A stretch of DNA of 64,000 nucleotides from Bacteroidota bacterium (GTDB lineage Bacteria; Bacteroidota; Bacteroidia; Flavobacteriales_D; Crocinitomicaceae), in assembly GCA_039800945.1 (NCBI GenBank), contig JBDLPT010000026.1, forward strand, positions 37,120 through 101,119. Direction: 5' to 3'. The notes beneath the pieces were generated by a model that was not told where the DNA came from, ran no database searches, and worked only from the letters and a program-made list of their open reading frames with translations. Positions 48,079 to 56,684 of this stretch are shown one piece after another (within the stretch, counting starts at the first letter, position 1; each line of letters opens with the position of its first letter). A program made the position numbers and the translations under genes.

Positions 48079-50124
48079 ATGCAGCGTTACCAAAATTACG
48101 TGCTTGGTCAATGGATTGATGGCCAAGGAGTCGAAACACCATTGTTTAATGCAATTACTGGTGCACAAATTGGAGAAGCATCAAGTGCAGGACTCGATTT
48201 TAGTGCAGTTTTAGCTTATGGCCGCGAAAAAGGTTATGCATTAAGAAAAATGACCTTTCAAGAAAGGGGAAGAATGCTCAAAGCGCTAGCGTTGTTTTTA
48301 ATGGAGCGCAAAGAAAAATATTACCAAATTTCAGCGCTTACTGGTGCCACCAAAATTGATTCTTGGATTGATATCGAAGGTGGTATCGGAAATTTATTTG
48401 CCAATGCAAGTTTGCGCCGTCAGTTCCCTGACTTACCATATTATGTAGATGGCGTTGCTGCGCCCTTATCTAAAACCGGATCTTTTATCGGTCACCACAT
48501 TATGGTTCCTAAAGAAGGGGTGGCTGTTCATATCAATGCATTTAATTTCCCAATTTGGGGAATGCTAGAAAAAATCGCAGTCAATTTAATGGCCGGGGTG
48601 CCAGCTATTGTAAAGCCATCAGAATACACGTGCTTCTTAACAGAAGTAATGGTCCGCGACATCATCGATTCAAAAATTCTGCCAGAAGGCGCTTTGCAAT
48701 TGATTTGTGGTTTGGGCCGAGGAATTCTAGATACCGTAGATGCGCGCGATGTGGTTACCTTTACAGGTAGTGCAGCAACTGGTAAAATACTAAAAGGATT
48801 ACCAAGAATTGCAGACCAGAGTGTAAGCTTCAACTTGGAGGCAGACTCTTTAAACGCAACAGTTCTAGGAGAAGCAGCCGTGCCAGGCACTGAAGAATTT
48901 GATTTATTTATCAAAGAGTGTGTCAAAGAAATAACGATTAAAGCTGGTCAGAAATGTACGGCTGTAAGACGGATAATTGTTCCAGAAAATCTACTTGACG
49001 AGGTTCAATCCGCTGTAGTTGCCAGACTCGCTAGCACAAAAATTGGAGACCCTTCCCGAGAAGGGGTTCGAATGGGTGCGTTGGCCACGAAACTTCAAGT
49101 GGAGCGCGTAAGAGCAAATGTTGATTTATTGGCTCAATCTCAGCAAATCGTATTTGGCAACCCAGACGAATTTGAACTAGTGGGCGCCAATCAAAAGGAC
49201 GGCGCCTTCTTCCCGCCTGTATTATTCCGCAATGAGAAGCCATTCGAAAACACGGCTTGTCATGACATCGAAGCATTTGGTCCGGTAGCGACAATCATGC
49301 CTTATAAAGGAATCGAGCAAGCCATTGAAATCGCAAAACTTGGCAAAGGAAGTTTGGTTTCATCAATTGTAACGCCAAGTAATAAAGAGGCGGTAGACTA
49401 TGTGGTGGGTGCCGCAAGCATGCACGGCAGAATCTTAGTTCTTAATAAAGACTGTGCAAAAGAGAGCACAGGCCATGGCTCACCAATGCCGCTACTTACA
49501 CACGGTGGTCCAGGTAGAGCAGGTGGCGGCGAAGAAATGGGCGGAAAACGCGGCGTCATGCATTATTTGCAACGCACGGCCATTCAGGGTCATCCAACAA
49601 CCATTACTGCCATTACCCAACAATTTCAGGTAGGTGCGGCTATGCCAGAAGCTAATCCACATGTGTTCAGAAAGCACTTCGAAGAATTGGTTATCGGTGA
49701 AACCGTATTTACACACAAGCACACCGTTTCTGATGCCGATATCGTGAATTTTGCAAATGTATCAGGAGATAACTTCTACGCACACATGGACGCAACTTCA
49801 TTAGAAGGAACCATTTTTGAAAGACGCGTGGCGCATGGCTACTTTATTTTATCTAAAGCCGCGGGTTTATTCGTAGATCCTAAAAAAGGGCCAGTATTAT
49901 TGAACTATGGAATCGAAGAGGCAAGGTTTACAAAGCCCGTTTATCCTGGAGCAACAATAGGTGTGCGCTTTACCGTGAAAGAAAAAATAGATCAAGAGAA
50001 ACGGAACCCTGAAGATATTGCAAAAGGCATCGTGAAATTCTTGGTTGATGTCTATGATGAAACAGGCGAAACAGTTGCGCTAGCTACCATTTTGACAATG
50101 GTTAAAAAGCTAAAAGATGAATAA
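48079..50124 (+). CDS. paaZ: bifunctional aldehyde dehydrogenase / MaoC-type hydratase (PaaZ)
   Basis: 681 aa. N-terminal ALDH fold plus a C-terminal hot-dog (MaoC) domain, matching the PaaZ architecture. Confidence 0.8.
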   Translation: MQRYQNYVLGQWIDGQGVETPLFNAITGAQIGEASSAGLDFSAVLAYGREKGYALRKMTFQERGRMLKALALFLMERKEKYYQISALTGATKIDSWIDIEGGIGNLFANASLRRQFPDLPYYVDGVAAPLSKTGSFIGHHIMVPKEGVAVHINAFNFPIWGMLEKIAVNLMAGVPAIVKPSEYTCFLTEVMVRDIIDSKILPEGALQLICGLGRGILDTVDARDVVTFTGSAATGKILKGLPRIADQSVSFNLEADSLNATVLGEAAVPGTEEFDLFIKECVKEITIKAGQKCTAVRRIIVPENLLDEVQSAVVARLASTKIGDPSREGVRMGALATKLQVERVRANVDLLAQSQQIVFGNPDEFELVGANQKDGAFFPPVLFRNEKPFENTACHDIEAFGPVATIMPYKGIEQAIEIAKLGKGSLVSSIVTPSNKEAVDYVVGAASMHGRILVLNKDCAKESTGHGSPMPLLTHGGPGRAGGGEEMGGKRGVMHYLQRTAIQGHPTTITAITQQFQVGAAMPEANPHVFRKHFEELVIGETVFTHKHTVSDADIVNFANVSGDNFYAHMDATSLEGTIFERRVAHGYFILSKAAGLFVDPKKGPVLLNYGIEEARFTKPVYPGATIGVRFTVKEKIDQEKRNPEDIAKGIVKFLVDVYDETGETVALATILTMVKKLKDE

Positions 50125-50129
50125 AAATC

Positions 50130-52766
50130 TTAATCGTTATCCGGATGCTCTGCGGCAAACTCAATTTCGAGTTTGTCCATGTCGTAGTCGGTGTCTTCGT
50201 TGTAAATATCGAAGAGCGGCTCTTGAAACGAGCGCATACTGAACTTTCTTTCTAATGTAAGAAGGAGTGCCGGAAGAATGATCAAGTTGGTAGCCATTCC
50301 GACCATAATGGTGATGGATACCAGCAAGCCAAGCGCTTTAGTTCCGCCAAATTGGGAGAACACAAACATCAAGAAACCAAAGAATAAAATCACAGAAGTA
50401 TAGAAGATACCAAGCCCTGTTTCTCTTAGCGAATGCAGGATAGCAAACTGTGTATCCCATGCGTGGTGTTTGAGTTCGTGTCGGTATTTTCCTAAGAATA
50501 AGATGGCGTTATCTACCGTAATACCGAGTGCGATTCCGAATACAAGAATGGTAGAAGGTTTCAAAGGAATCTCAAAATACCCCATGATACCGGCCGTAAA
50601 GAGTAGTGGAATGATGTTTGGGATCATAGATACCAAGATGATTCTGAAAGATCTGAATAAGAAGGCCATCATGATAGCAATGGAAATGATGGCAAAAATC
50701 AGGGATTGCAAAAGGTTAACAAATAAATATTTGGTTCCTTCAGTTTGTACAACTTTTACGCCTGTAAATACGAGGTCGTAGTATTCTTGATCAATGGCCT
50801 TACGTAAGTGTTGGTTAAAGCCCTTTTTATTGGCAAAATCTTTGATTTTTTCAGGGTTCATGTCAAATGCCATTTGCATGTTGTCGTTCCCTTTGGACAA
50901 GATCGAAGTAAGGTTGTTATAAACACCTGAATGCTCATAGATGATAGAATCTATGGCTGCATGGTTTCCTTTGCTGATTTTCGTATAAAGTCTTTCTAAC
51001 GTAGGTTTTTCTGGGTTGAGGATCTGTTCGGTAGAACTTTTAAGCTTGTCGAGGGTTGGCCCCACTTGATCGACGCTGAGGTCTTTCATTTGCATACGAA
51101 TTCGAAGCGTGGTTTTACTGGTGTCTACTAAATTTTTAAGCGACACAGATCCGCCGTTGAGGCTACTTAAATCAAGTTTATCGATATATTTCTTTAATCG
51201 GAGTTTATCGCGGTTAGAAATGATCGTGTACTTATCTGGGTTGCCACCATGGTAAGCCATATTAATAGACTTGATGAGGTCTATGTAAGACATGCTTTTT
51301 GAGAAGAGCGTGTCTTTTGAAAACAGCGTTTGAACGTCGTCCACCTTTTGCATGGTCTCAGTGTTAAACAAGCGTCCTTTTTCTTTGTAGTTGACAGTAA
51401 TTTCAAACGGGATTGAACCCCCGAAATTATGCTCTACAAATTTCATATCGAGCAAAATAGGGTCGTCTTTTGGTAAATCACTGGTAACGTTACCGGTTGA
51501 GATAATTTTAGTCATGCCGTAAAGACTGAAGATGACCAAAAGCACAGAACTAACGTAAACCCAAGGACGGTATTTTGTAACTATTTTAACGACAATTTCA
51601 ATGAAGCCTTGAGAGTAAACACGGTAAAGGTGTTTGAGGTGGCGCGGTTTAGGTGGTTTTGCAAAAGAGGCAAAAATTGGAATGATGACCAATGACAACA
51701 CGAATACGATCATGATGTTCCAGCTAGAAATGATCCCAAATTGTGCGAGTTTGTCTGAGCTTGTAAATGTCACAAAACCTACAGCAGTTGTGAGATTGGT
51801 TAGGAAGGTAACTGAACCAATGCGCTTGACCATGACAAAAAGTGCCCGCATTTTGTTGCCGAGCTGTACATATTCTTGGTGATACCTCGTGACTAAAAAC
51901 ACACAGTTTGGCACACCAATTACAATGAGCAGAGGCGGAATTAAGGCCATGATAATGGATAATTCATAGCCCATAAACGCAATACTACCGAGCGCCCAAA
52001 TCACGGAAATGAATACGACGGTATTACACAAGAAAACAACGTATAACGACCTAAAAAAGATATACAGCAGTAGGGAAGATGCAAAAATAGAGAGCGCCAA
52101 GAAAATATACATTTCACTGACAATCCTTTTTGATACGACTACGCGAATGTGTGGCAACCCAGCAAAATACACCTTTCCAAAGTGTTTTTCATAAGATTTA
52201 GCGAGGTCTTCGATTTTAAAGATTACACCCGATTTCTTACGATTCGAGATGACCTTTTCATCGATGCCGATCATTAATAGCGACACATTGCTGGTGTCAT
52301 TATAGAGTAAGCCGCGATAAATAGGGTTCTTTCTGACTTCTTTCTTGATGGAGTCAATGCTTTTGTCGCGGAAAGTGGTATCAGAAAAAATACGGTGGAT
52401 TTCAAATTCGTTCTTTTTGATGTTGTTGGTCATGCCAAACAGGGTGGCTTCTGAAACCACGTTATCTACACCTTTGAATTTTAAAATTTTGTAGCCGAGC
52501 TCTCGCCACTTCTTGAAATTCTCTTCCGTATAAAGTGAATCTGTTTGCACCGCGATAACTAGGGTAGAACCATCTTCTCCAAATTGTAATTTGAATTTTT
52601 GATAATCCATTTGAATAGGATCGTCTTTTGGCAGTGTATTGCCGAAGCGGTTATCAACCTTGAGGGAGGTAGCTGCAAAATACCCAAAGAAAATAGTGAT
52701 TAGGGCAATTATTGCCAATATAAAAAGGCGATTTCTTAAAATGAGACTAGCTACTTTACTCCACAT
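50130..52766 (-). CDS. MMPL/RND-superfamily exporter with two 6-TM sterol-sensing-like bundles
   Basis: 878 aa. TM1, large loop, 5 TM, repeated twice. HpnN/MMPL-like pattern. Confidence 0.6.
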   Translation of the reverse strand: MWSKVASLILRNRLFILAIIALITIFFGYFAATSLKVDNRFGNTLPKDDPIQMDYQKFKLQFGEDGSTLVIAVQTDSLYTEENFKKWRELGYKILKFKGVDNVVSEATLFGMTNNIKKNEFEIHRIFSDTTFRDKSIDSIKKEVRKNPIYRGLLYNDTSNVSLLMIGIDEKVISNRKKSGVIFKIEDLAKSYEKHFGKVYFAGLPHIRVVVSKRIVSEMYIFLALSIFASSLLLYIFFRSLYVVFLCNTVVFISVIWALGSIAFMGYELSIIMALIPPLLIVIGVPNCVFLVTRYHQEYVQLGNKMRALFVMVKRIGSVTFLTNLTTAVGFVTFTSSDKLAQFGIISSWNIMIVFVLSLVIIPIFASFAKPPKPRHLKHLYRVYSQGFIEIVVKIVTKYRPWVYVSSVLLVIFSLYGMTKIISTGNVTSDLPKDDPILLDMKFVEHNFGGSIPFEITVNYKEKGRLFNTETMQKVDDVQTLFSKDTLFSKSMSYIDLIKSINMAYHGGNPDKYTIISNRDKLRLKKYIDKLDLSSLNGGSVSLKNLVDTSKTTLRIRMQMKDLSVDQVGPTLDKLKSSTEQILNPEKPTLERLYTKISKGNHAAIDSIIYEHSGVYNNLTSILSKGNDNMQMAFDMNPEKIKDFANKKGFNQHLRKAIDQEYYDLVFTGVKVVQTEGTKYLFVNLLQSLIFAIISIAIMMAFLFRSFRIILVSMIPNIIPLLFTAGIMGYFEIPLKPSTILVFGIALGITVDNAILFLGKYRHELKHHAWDTQFAILHSLRETGLGIFYTSVILFFGFLMFVFSQFGGTKALGLLVSITIMVGMATNLIILPALLLTLERKFSMRSFQEPLFDIYNEDTDYDMDKLEIEFAAEHPDND

Positions 52767-52810
52767 GTGACTAAATGTACAAAAAAATGAGGGGTGAAGT
52801 TACGAATAAT

Positions 52811-52823
52811 TGTCAAATTGACA
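52811..52823. promoter_or_regulatory. 13-bp palindrome TGTCAA-A-TTGACA upstream of the MMPL gene
   Basis: Perfect inverted arms with a 1-nt spacer, too tight for a hairpin. It lies 45-57 nt upstream of the ATG at 52766. Confidence 0.25.
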
Positions 52824-52838
52824 TTTAAGTCTGAGGAT

Positions 52839-53525
52839 TCAGTTTTTTATGCAGCGAACGGAGAATCCTCCAGATTTATAATAACTCCCCCACAATAAGT
52901 CAAATTGATCTTTCTTTAAGTAAAGTGCGTTGGCACTATATGCATTGGCGGTGTCCAGACACCAATAACAAGCATATTCATTAATATTTGAAAATGCGCC
53001 TCCTTCTTTGCGGTAACCCGAACCATAGGCGTGAAATTTCAAGACATCCGAGCCTGGATAATCCCCAATAAATTCAGGATGCTGCAGCGCCATGGCATCT
53101 CTGTTAAGATTTTGAATGGTATTGAAAAAGATACTCCAATCCGAATTGTTGGGCAAATGCCAGCCTTTGGGCGCCAAGCCTCTCGGGTCGTTTAACGCAT
53201 ACCAATTGTATAATTTACCTAGTTTCTTTTTGTTTTTTGGGTCATTGTTGTAATAGCACCAGGCTGGCTTGCGGGTATTACCAGCTTTTTTCCATTCTTC
53301 AGCGGTTTTCGCTTGCTTAATAGGGTCGCCATTTTTAAAGTGTGGCTCATTGAGATTTTCTGCCATCCAAATTTGATAACCAATTTTACATTCAGAATAG
53401 GCTTGACTCGGCTCCACTTCTGGATAGCTGATAACGCGTTCTTGTTCTTTTGTTGATTGCGTACTTGTTGTCTCACATTGGTTAATCGCAAAAAGCGTAA
53501 TGATCAAAATGAAAAGAAAATGCAT
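52839..53525 (-). CDS. FISUMP-domain (Fibrobacter succinogenes major paralogous domain) lipoprotein
   Basis: Lipobox AINQC. Family motifs QIWMAENLN, GKLYNWYA, APKGWHLP and GFSVRCIKN. Confidence 0.8.
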   Translation of the reverse strand: MHFLFILIITLFAINQCETTSTQSTKEQERVISYPEVEPSQAYSECKIGYQIWMAENLNEPHFKNGDPIKQAKTAEEWKKAGNTRKPAWCYYNNDPKNKKKLGKLYNWYALNDPRGLAPKGWHLPNNSDWSIFFNTIQNLNRDAMALQHPEFIGDYPGSDVLKFHAYGSGYRKEGGAFSNINEYACYWCLDTANAYSANALYLKKDQFDLLWGSYYKSGGFSVRCIKN

Positions 53526-53532
53526 GTGATTT

Positions 53533-53550
53533 TTAGCTAAAGTTAGCTAA
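53533..53550. promoter_or_regulatory. tandem TTAGCTAA-ag-TTAGCTAA, which also reads TTAGCT-N6-AGCTAA (candidate operator)
   Basis: Two 8-bp palindromes 10 bp apart, 8-25 nt upstream of the FISUMP gene ATG. The spacer carries a -7-like TAACTTTA on the minus strand. Confidence 0.45.
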
Positions 53551-53584
53551 TAAGAAGGGTGGTTTGGAAAAAGTTTGGATAGAT

Positions 53585-53622
53585 AAAACAAAAAACCCTC
53601 TATCTGTGAAAGATAAAGGGTT
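53585..53622 (-). terminator. rho-independent terminator after the tRNA pair
   Basis: 12-bp stem with one mismatch (AACCCTTTATCT/AGATAGAGGGTT) followed by TTTTTGTTTT on the minus strand. Confidence 0.7.
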
Positions 53623-53638
53623 AAATGTTTGAAGCTTG

Positions 53639-53722
53639 TACTCGAGGCGGGACTTGAACCCGCACGGGCAAATGCCCACAGGATTTTAAGTCCGGCGTGT
53701 CTACCGATTCCACCACTCGAGC
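53639..53722 (-). tRNA. tRNA-Leu (anticodon UAA)
   Basis: Reverse complement is GCTCGAGTGGTGGAATCGGTAGACAC...CTTAAAA...GGGTTCAAGTCCCGCCTCGAGTA. Long variable arm, close to E. coli leuZ. No encoded CCA. Confidence 0.95.
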
Positions 53723-53729
53723 TCAAAAG

Positions 53730-53802
<73 letters not shown>

Positions 53803-53847
53803 TTAATAAAACCCATTATTGCGCGGCCTTTGCTTTGCTAGGGGCGA

Positions 53848-53855
53848 CAAAGTTA
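53848..53855 (-). promoter_or_regulatory. candidate sigma-A -7 box TAACTTTG for the tRNA-Gly/tRNA-Leu pair
   Basis: Exact TAnnTTTG on the minus strand, about 45 nt upstream of the tRNA-Gly 5' end. Confidence 0.45.
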
Positions 53856-53864
53856 ACGATTATT

Positions 53865-54563
53865 TTAATTTTTCAAAATTCTTAGTGCATTTTCCTTTCG
53901 ATTTTTTAAAGAAAAATAAACCCAAGTGAGTGGTAATAAGAGTGAGTAATTGTAATAAAGGTCCTCAAAAGGAATGGAAATCATACGCCAACCAATTATG
54001 TGTTGTTCTGAGTACCAAACGATTGGAGCTTCGGTTGCGGCTCCAGTTAAAATCCCGTTGACGATAAAAAATGGCAACAAACAAAGTAAATAGGCCCACA
54101 TAAAATCCGTAAACCACCTTTTTTTTCGCAATAAAACAGTGAGTGCGCCACTTATTGCACAAGCTAAAAAGGTATAATAGTTATGAGCATATAGCAAAAC
54201 CCAAAGTGTGCTGCTGAAAACAAAAACGAAAGCAAAAAACTGGGTGAGCCTTTGCGCATTTCGATTGGGGAAATAGGCTTGAATAACCCTGAGCAGAAAA
54301 ATAAAATTATAAGGGATAACCAAGAAAAATAGCACTTCTTCGATCGGTAAATTGTAAAGATAATAACCGAGTAAGTAGCTAGGATTAAATCCCCAAACCC
54401 CCAAATGGGTAAACAACATATCCCAGGCTAAAAAAGGAAGGGCAACCACAAAGGTGGCGGGAAAAACCACGCGCCAATCTTTATAATAAGCTACTTTTTG
54501 ATCAAAGCTTAGTGCAAGAGGCCCAGCAATAGAGCATAATATTACCCAGCCGTACAAACTCAT
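53865..54563 (-). CDS. lycopene cyclase, fused CrtYc/CrtYd-type domains
   Basis: Two membrane repeats, each with the PxE(E/D) motif (LPIEEVLFF, IPFEDLYY). The start is set at 54563 (ATGA overlap with crtZ). Confidence 0.75.
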   Translation of the reverse strand: MSLYGWVILCSIAGPLALSFDQKVAYYKDWRVVFPATFVVALPFLAWDMLFTHLGVWGFNPSYLLGYYLYNLPIEEVLFFLVIPYNFIFLLRVIQAYFPNRNAQRLTQFFAFVFVFSSTLWVLLYAHNYYTFLACAISGALTVLLRKKRWFTDFMWAYLLCLLPFFIVNGILTGAATEAPIVWYSEQHIIGWRMISIPFEDLYYNYSLLLPLTWVYFSLKNRKENALRILKN

Positions 54564-55036
54564 ATGGGCTCGTGTTTTTTGTATTTCTTGGCGCTCTCGA
54601 TATAAAAACGAACCGGGACCAACAGCATTCCAAAACACTCACCGTGTTCTTTTCCTAGGTGTTTGTGGTGTATTTTGTGCGCGCGTCTGATCGCATAAAA
54701 GTACGGATGATCGATGTCTCTGAGCCATTTGAATCTTCTATGAATATAGACGTCGTGGATTAAAAAATAAGCCAAGCCATAAGCCGCAATTCCAAAGCCA
54801 ATCCAGACTGGCAGAAGAACTTGATTCATCATGCCCAGCATAATACAAAGCCAAGAAGGAATGGCATAAATGAGAAAGAACACATCGTTTTTCTCAAAAA
54901 ATCCGGGTTCAACTTGATGGTGGTCTTTGTGGAAATACCACATGAAACCATGCATCACAAACTTATGCGTTGCCCAAGCCATAAATTCCATACCGAAAAA
55001 TGTGCCGAGTAAAACGAAAGGACCCCACCAAATCAT
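54560..55036 (-). CDS. crtZ: beta-carotene 3-hydroxylase
   Basis: His clusters HKFVMH, HKDHH, HDVYIH and HKIHHKH in a 158-aa membrane protein. Confidence 0.85.
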   Translation of the reverse strand: MIWWGPFVLLGTFFGMEFMAWATHKFVMHGFMWYFHKDHHQVEPGFFEKNDVFFLIYAIPSWLCIMLGMMNQVLLPVWIGFGIAAYGLAYFLIHDVYIHRRFKWLRDIDHPYFYAIRRAHKIHHKHLGKEHGECFGMLLVPVRFYIESAKKYKKHEPI

Positions 55037-55653
55037 AACTGAAGGTTTAAAATGCTAAAAAAAGCGGTTAAAAAGAAAAACAAGGCTATTGCCACTTTGT
55101 TTGTTTCGTTTAGGTGCCAACGCTTATAAAGTGCTTGAATCAATATTGATATTGCTAGCCAACACACATAATTATACAATGGAATTTCTTGGTTTTTCCA
55201 GTTCCAAAAATGGAGTTTCATGGCAACTGGCTCCATTAAAAAATCGAGAAAAACCATTAATACAGCGGCAATAAGTATCTCCAACCAAGCCTTTAAGTTT
55301 AACTTTTCAATTAAAGCCGCCGAAATAATGCTAAGCATGGCCCAGTTCATGCCAATGATAAAAGGTACCGCAAGAATTTTTGGCCCTAATACCGAGCCGT
55401 AATGGTAGTTTCCAAATAATAAACCGGTGTGAACGCCCACCCATTCTGCAGCCATTCCAATCAAAAAGGAAAGCCCCAAAAACATCCAAAATGTCAGCCC
55501 GTATTTTTTTCTGCTAAATAGTAATACCAAGAAGGAAAGCAAAAGATGGAAAAACGAAAGATCAACAAAGAAAGACCGTATGCTCGAAATAGACATTCCA
55601 ACAATTCCTACCAAGTAGAAAAGGCCTAAGAAGAAAATGAGTTTTCGCTGCAA
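55033..55653 (-). CDS. carotenoid biosynthesis membrane protein (DUF422/CruF-like, possible carotenoid 1',2'-hydratase)
   Basis: 206-aa polytopic membrane protein in the crt operon. The family assignment is from recollection. ATGA overlap with crtZ. Confidence 0.5.
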   Translation of the reverse strand: MQRKLIFFLGLFYLVGIVGMSISSIRSFFVDLSFFHLLLSFLVLLFSRKKYGLTFWMFLGLSFLIGMAAEWVGVHTGLLFGNYHYGSVLGPKILAVPFIIGMNWAMLSIISAALIEKLNLKAWLEILIAAVLMVFLDFLMEPVAMKLHFWNWKNQEIPLYNYVCWLAISILIQALYKRWHLNETNKVAIALFFFLTAFFSILNLQL

Positions 55654-55657
55654 GTTA

Positions 55658-56668
55658 TTATTCTTTGGAAATCAAGGCTTGACCCTGAAGCATGTTTGAA
55701 ATAATTTGATCTAGATCTCTATAAGAGTAAGACAACTCATTTTCAATTTTGTTGATGTCATAGCTAACTTTTTGATAAGAAGATCGAGCGGTTTCAATAG
55801 TGAGCCCAGATCTTTTACCGCTGATATGACACCATAATTCATGAATCACTGCAATGATATAAGTGAGCAATTTGGGCGCTGCAATATTGGGTGCCTTTTT
55901 ACCTAGTTTTGTGGAAAAAGCTGAAAACAAATCTTTGAAACTTTGTTGTGGTCCAACTACTAAAAAGCGTTGCTTACAAACCCTTTTTTCAACCAAAGAA
56001 ACCATGGTCCAGGCGACATCTCTTGCGTCGACAACAGCGTTATTACCCGTAGTATAAAAGCGGAGGCCTTGTTTAGCGGTTTCTAAGATTTGCAGCGAAG
56101 GGCTGCCTTTTGCCGCGGGCCCTAAAATCACACAAGGATTGACAATAACAGCTTGCAAACCTTCTTCAATGCCTCGCCAAACCTCGCGTTCAGCTAATAA
56201 TTTTGAAACTCCGTAGCCACTCTGCTTGCCGCCCACTTGCCATTTGGTGTTTTCATTTACAGTGGCTGAAGACCCTCCAATTGCAGCCGTGGAGCTCACG
56301 TGGCAAAAATGTTTAACGCCGTGTTTGAGCGAAAAATCCACCATGGCAGCGGTTACATATCGATTTTGTTTGAGGCAGAGCTCAAAATCGGCCTTGAAAA
56401 AGGAAACCAGTGCAGCACAATGGTAGACGTATTCGATTCCGTTAAATAAGGCGTCTAATTCAGTGTAGTCTTGGAGGTCGGCTTGTTGCCATTGAACCAA
56501 TGCCCATTTTTCTTCGGCATTTTCTTGAAAGTAATGCTGAAAAAGTTTGTGAACGTCTTTGATTTTTTCAGGATTGCGATAACTCGCACGGCAGTGCTGA
56601 GCCCTACTAACGAGTTCAACGAGTACATGACTCCCCAACAATCCGGTTCCGCCGGTAACTAAATTCAC
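55658..56668 (-). CDS. NAD(P)-dependent epimerase/dehydratase-family SDR
   Basis: Rossmann motif VTGGTGLLGSH and catalytic YGVSK. Confidence 0.7.
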   Translation of the reverse strand: MNLVTGGTGLLGSHVLVELVSRAQHCRASYRNPEKIKDVHKLFQHYFQENAEEKWALVQWQQADLQDYTELDALFNGIEYVYHCAALVSFFKADFELCLKQNRYVTAAMVDFSLKHGVKHFCHVSSTAAIGGSSATVNENTKWQVGGKQSGYGVSKLLAEREVWRGIEEGLQAVIVNPCVILGPAAKGSPSLQILETAKQGLRFYTTGNNAVVDARDVAWTMVSLVEKRVCKQRFLVVGPQQSFKDLFSAFSTKLGKKAPNIAAPKLLTYIIAVIHELWCHISGKRSGLTIETARSSYQKVSYDINKIENELSYSYRDLDQIISNMLQGQALISKE

Positions 56669-56684
56669 GACCTAAATCTAGGGA

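Noticed and set aside
48528-48926. 132-aa minus-strand ORF inside paaZ
   Set aside because: It is antisense to a well-conserved ALDH domain and is a shadow ORF. The same applies to 6525-6893 (in prs), 19245-19595 (in the MsbA-like gene), 40041-40412 and 41420-41746 (in the adhesin gene) and 42950-43330 (in the dipeptidase gene).
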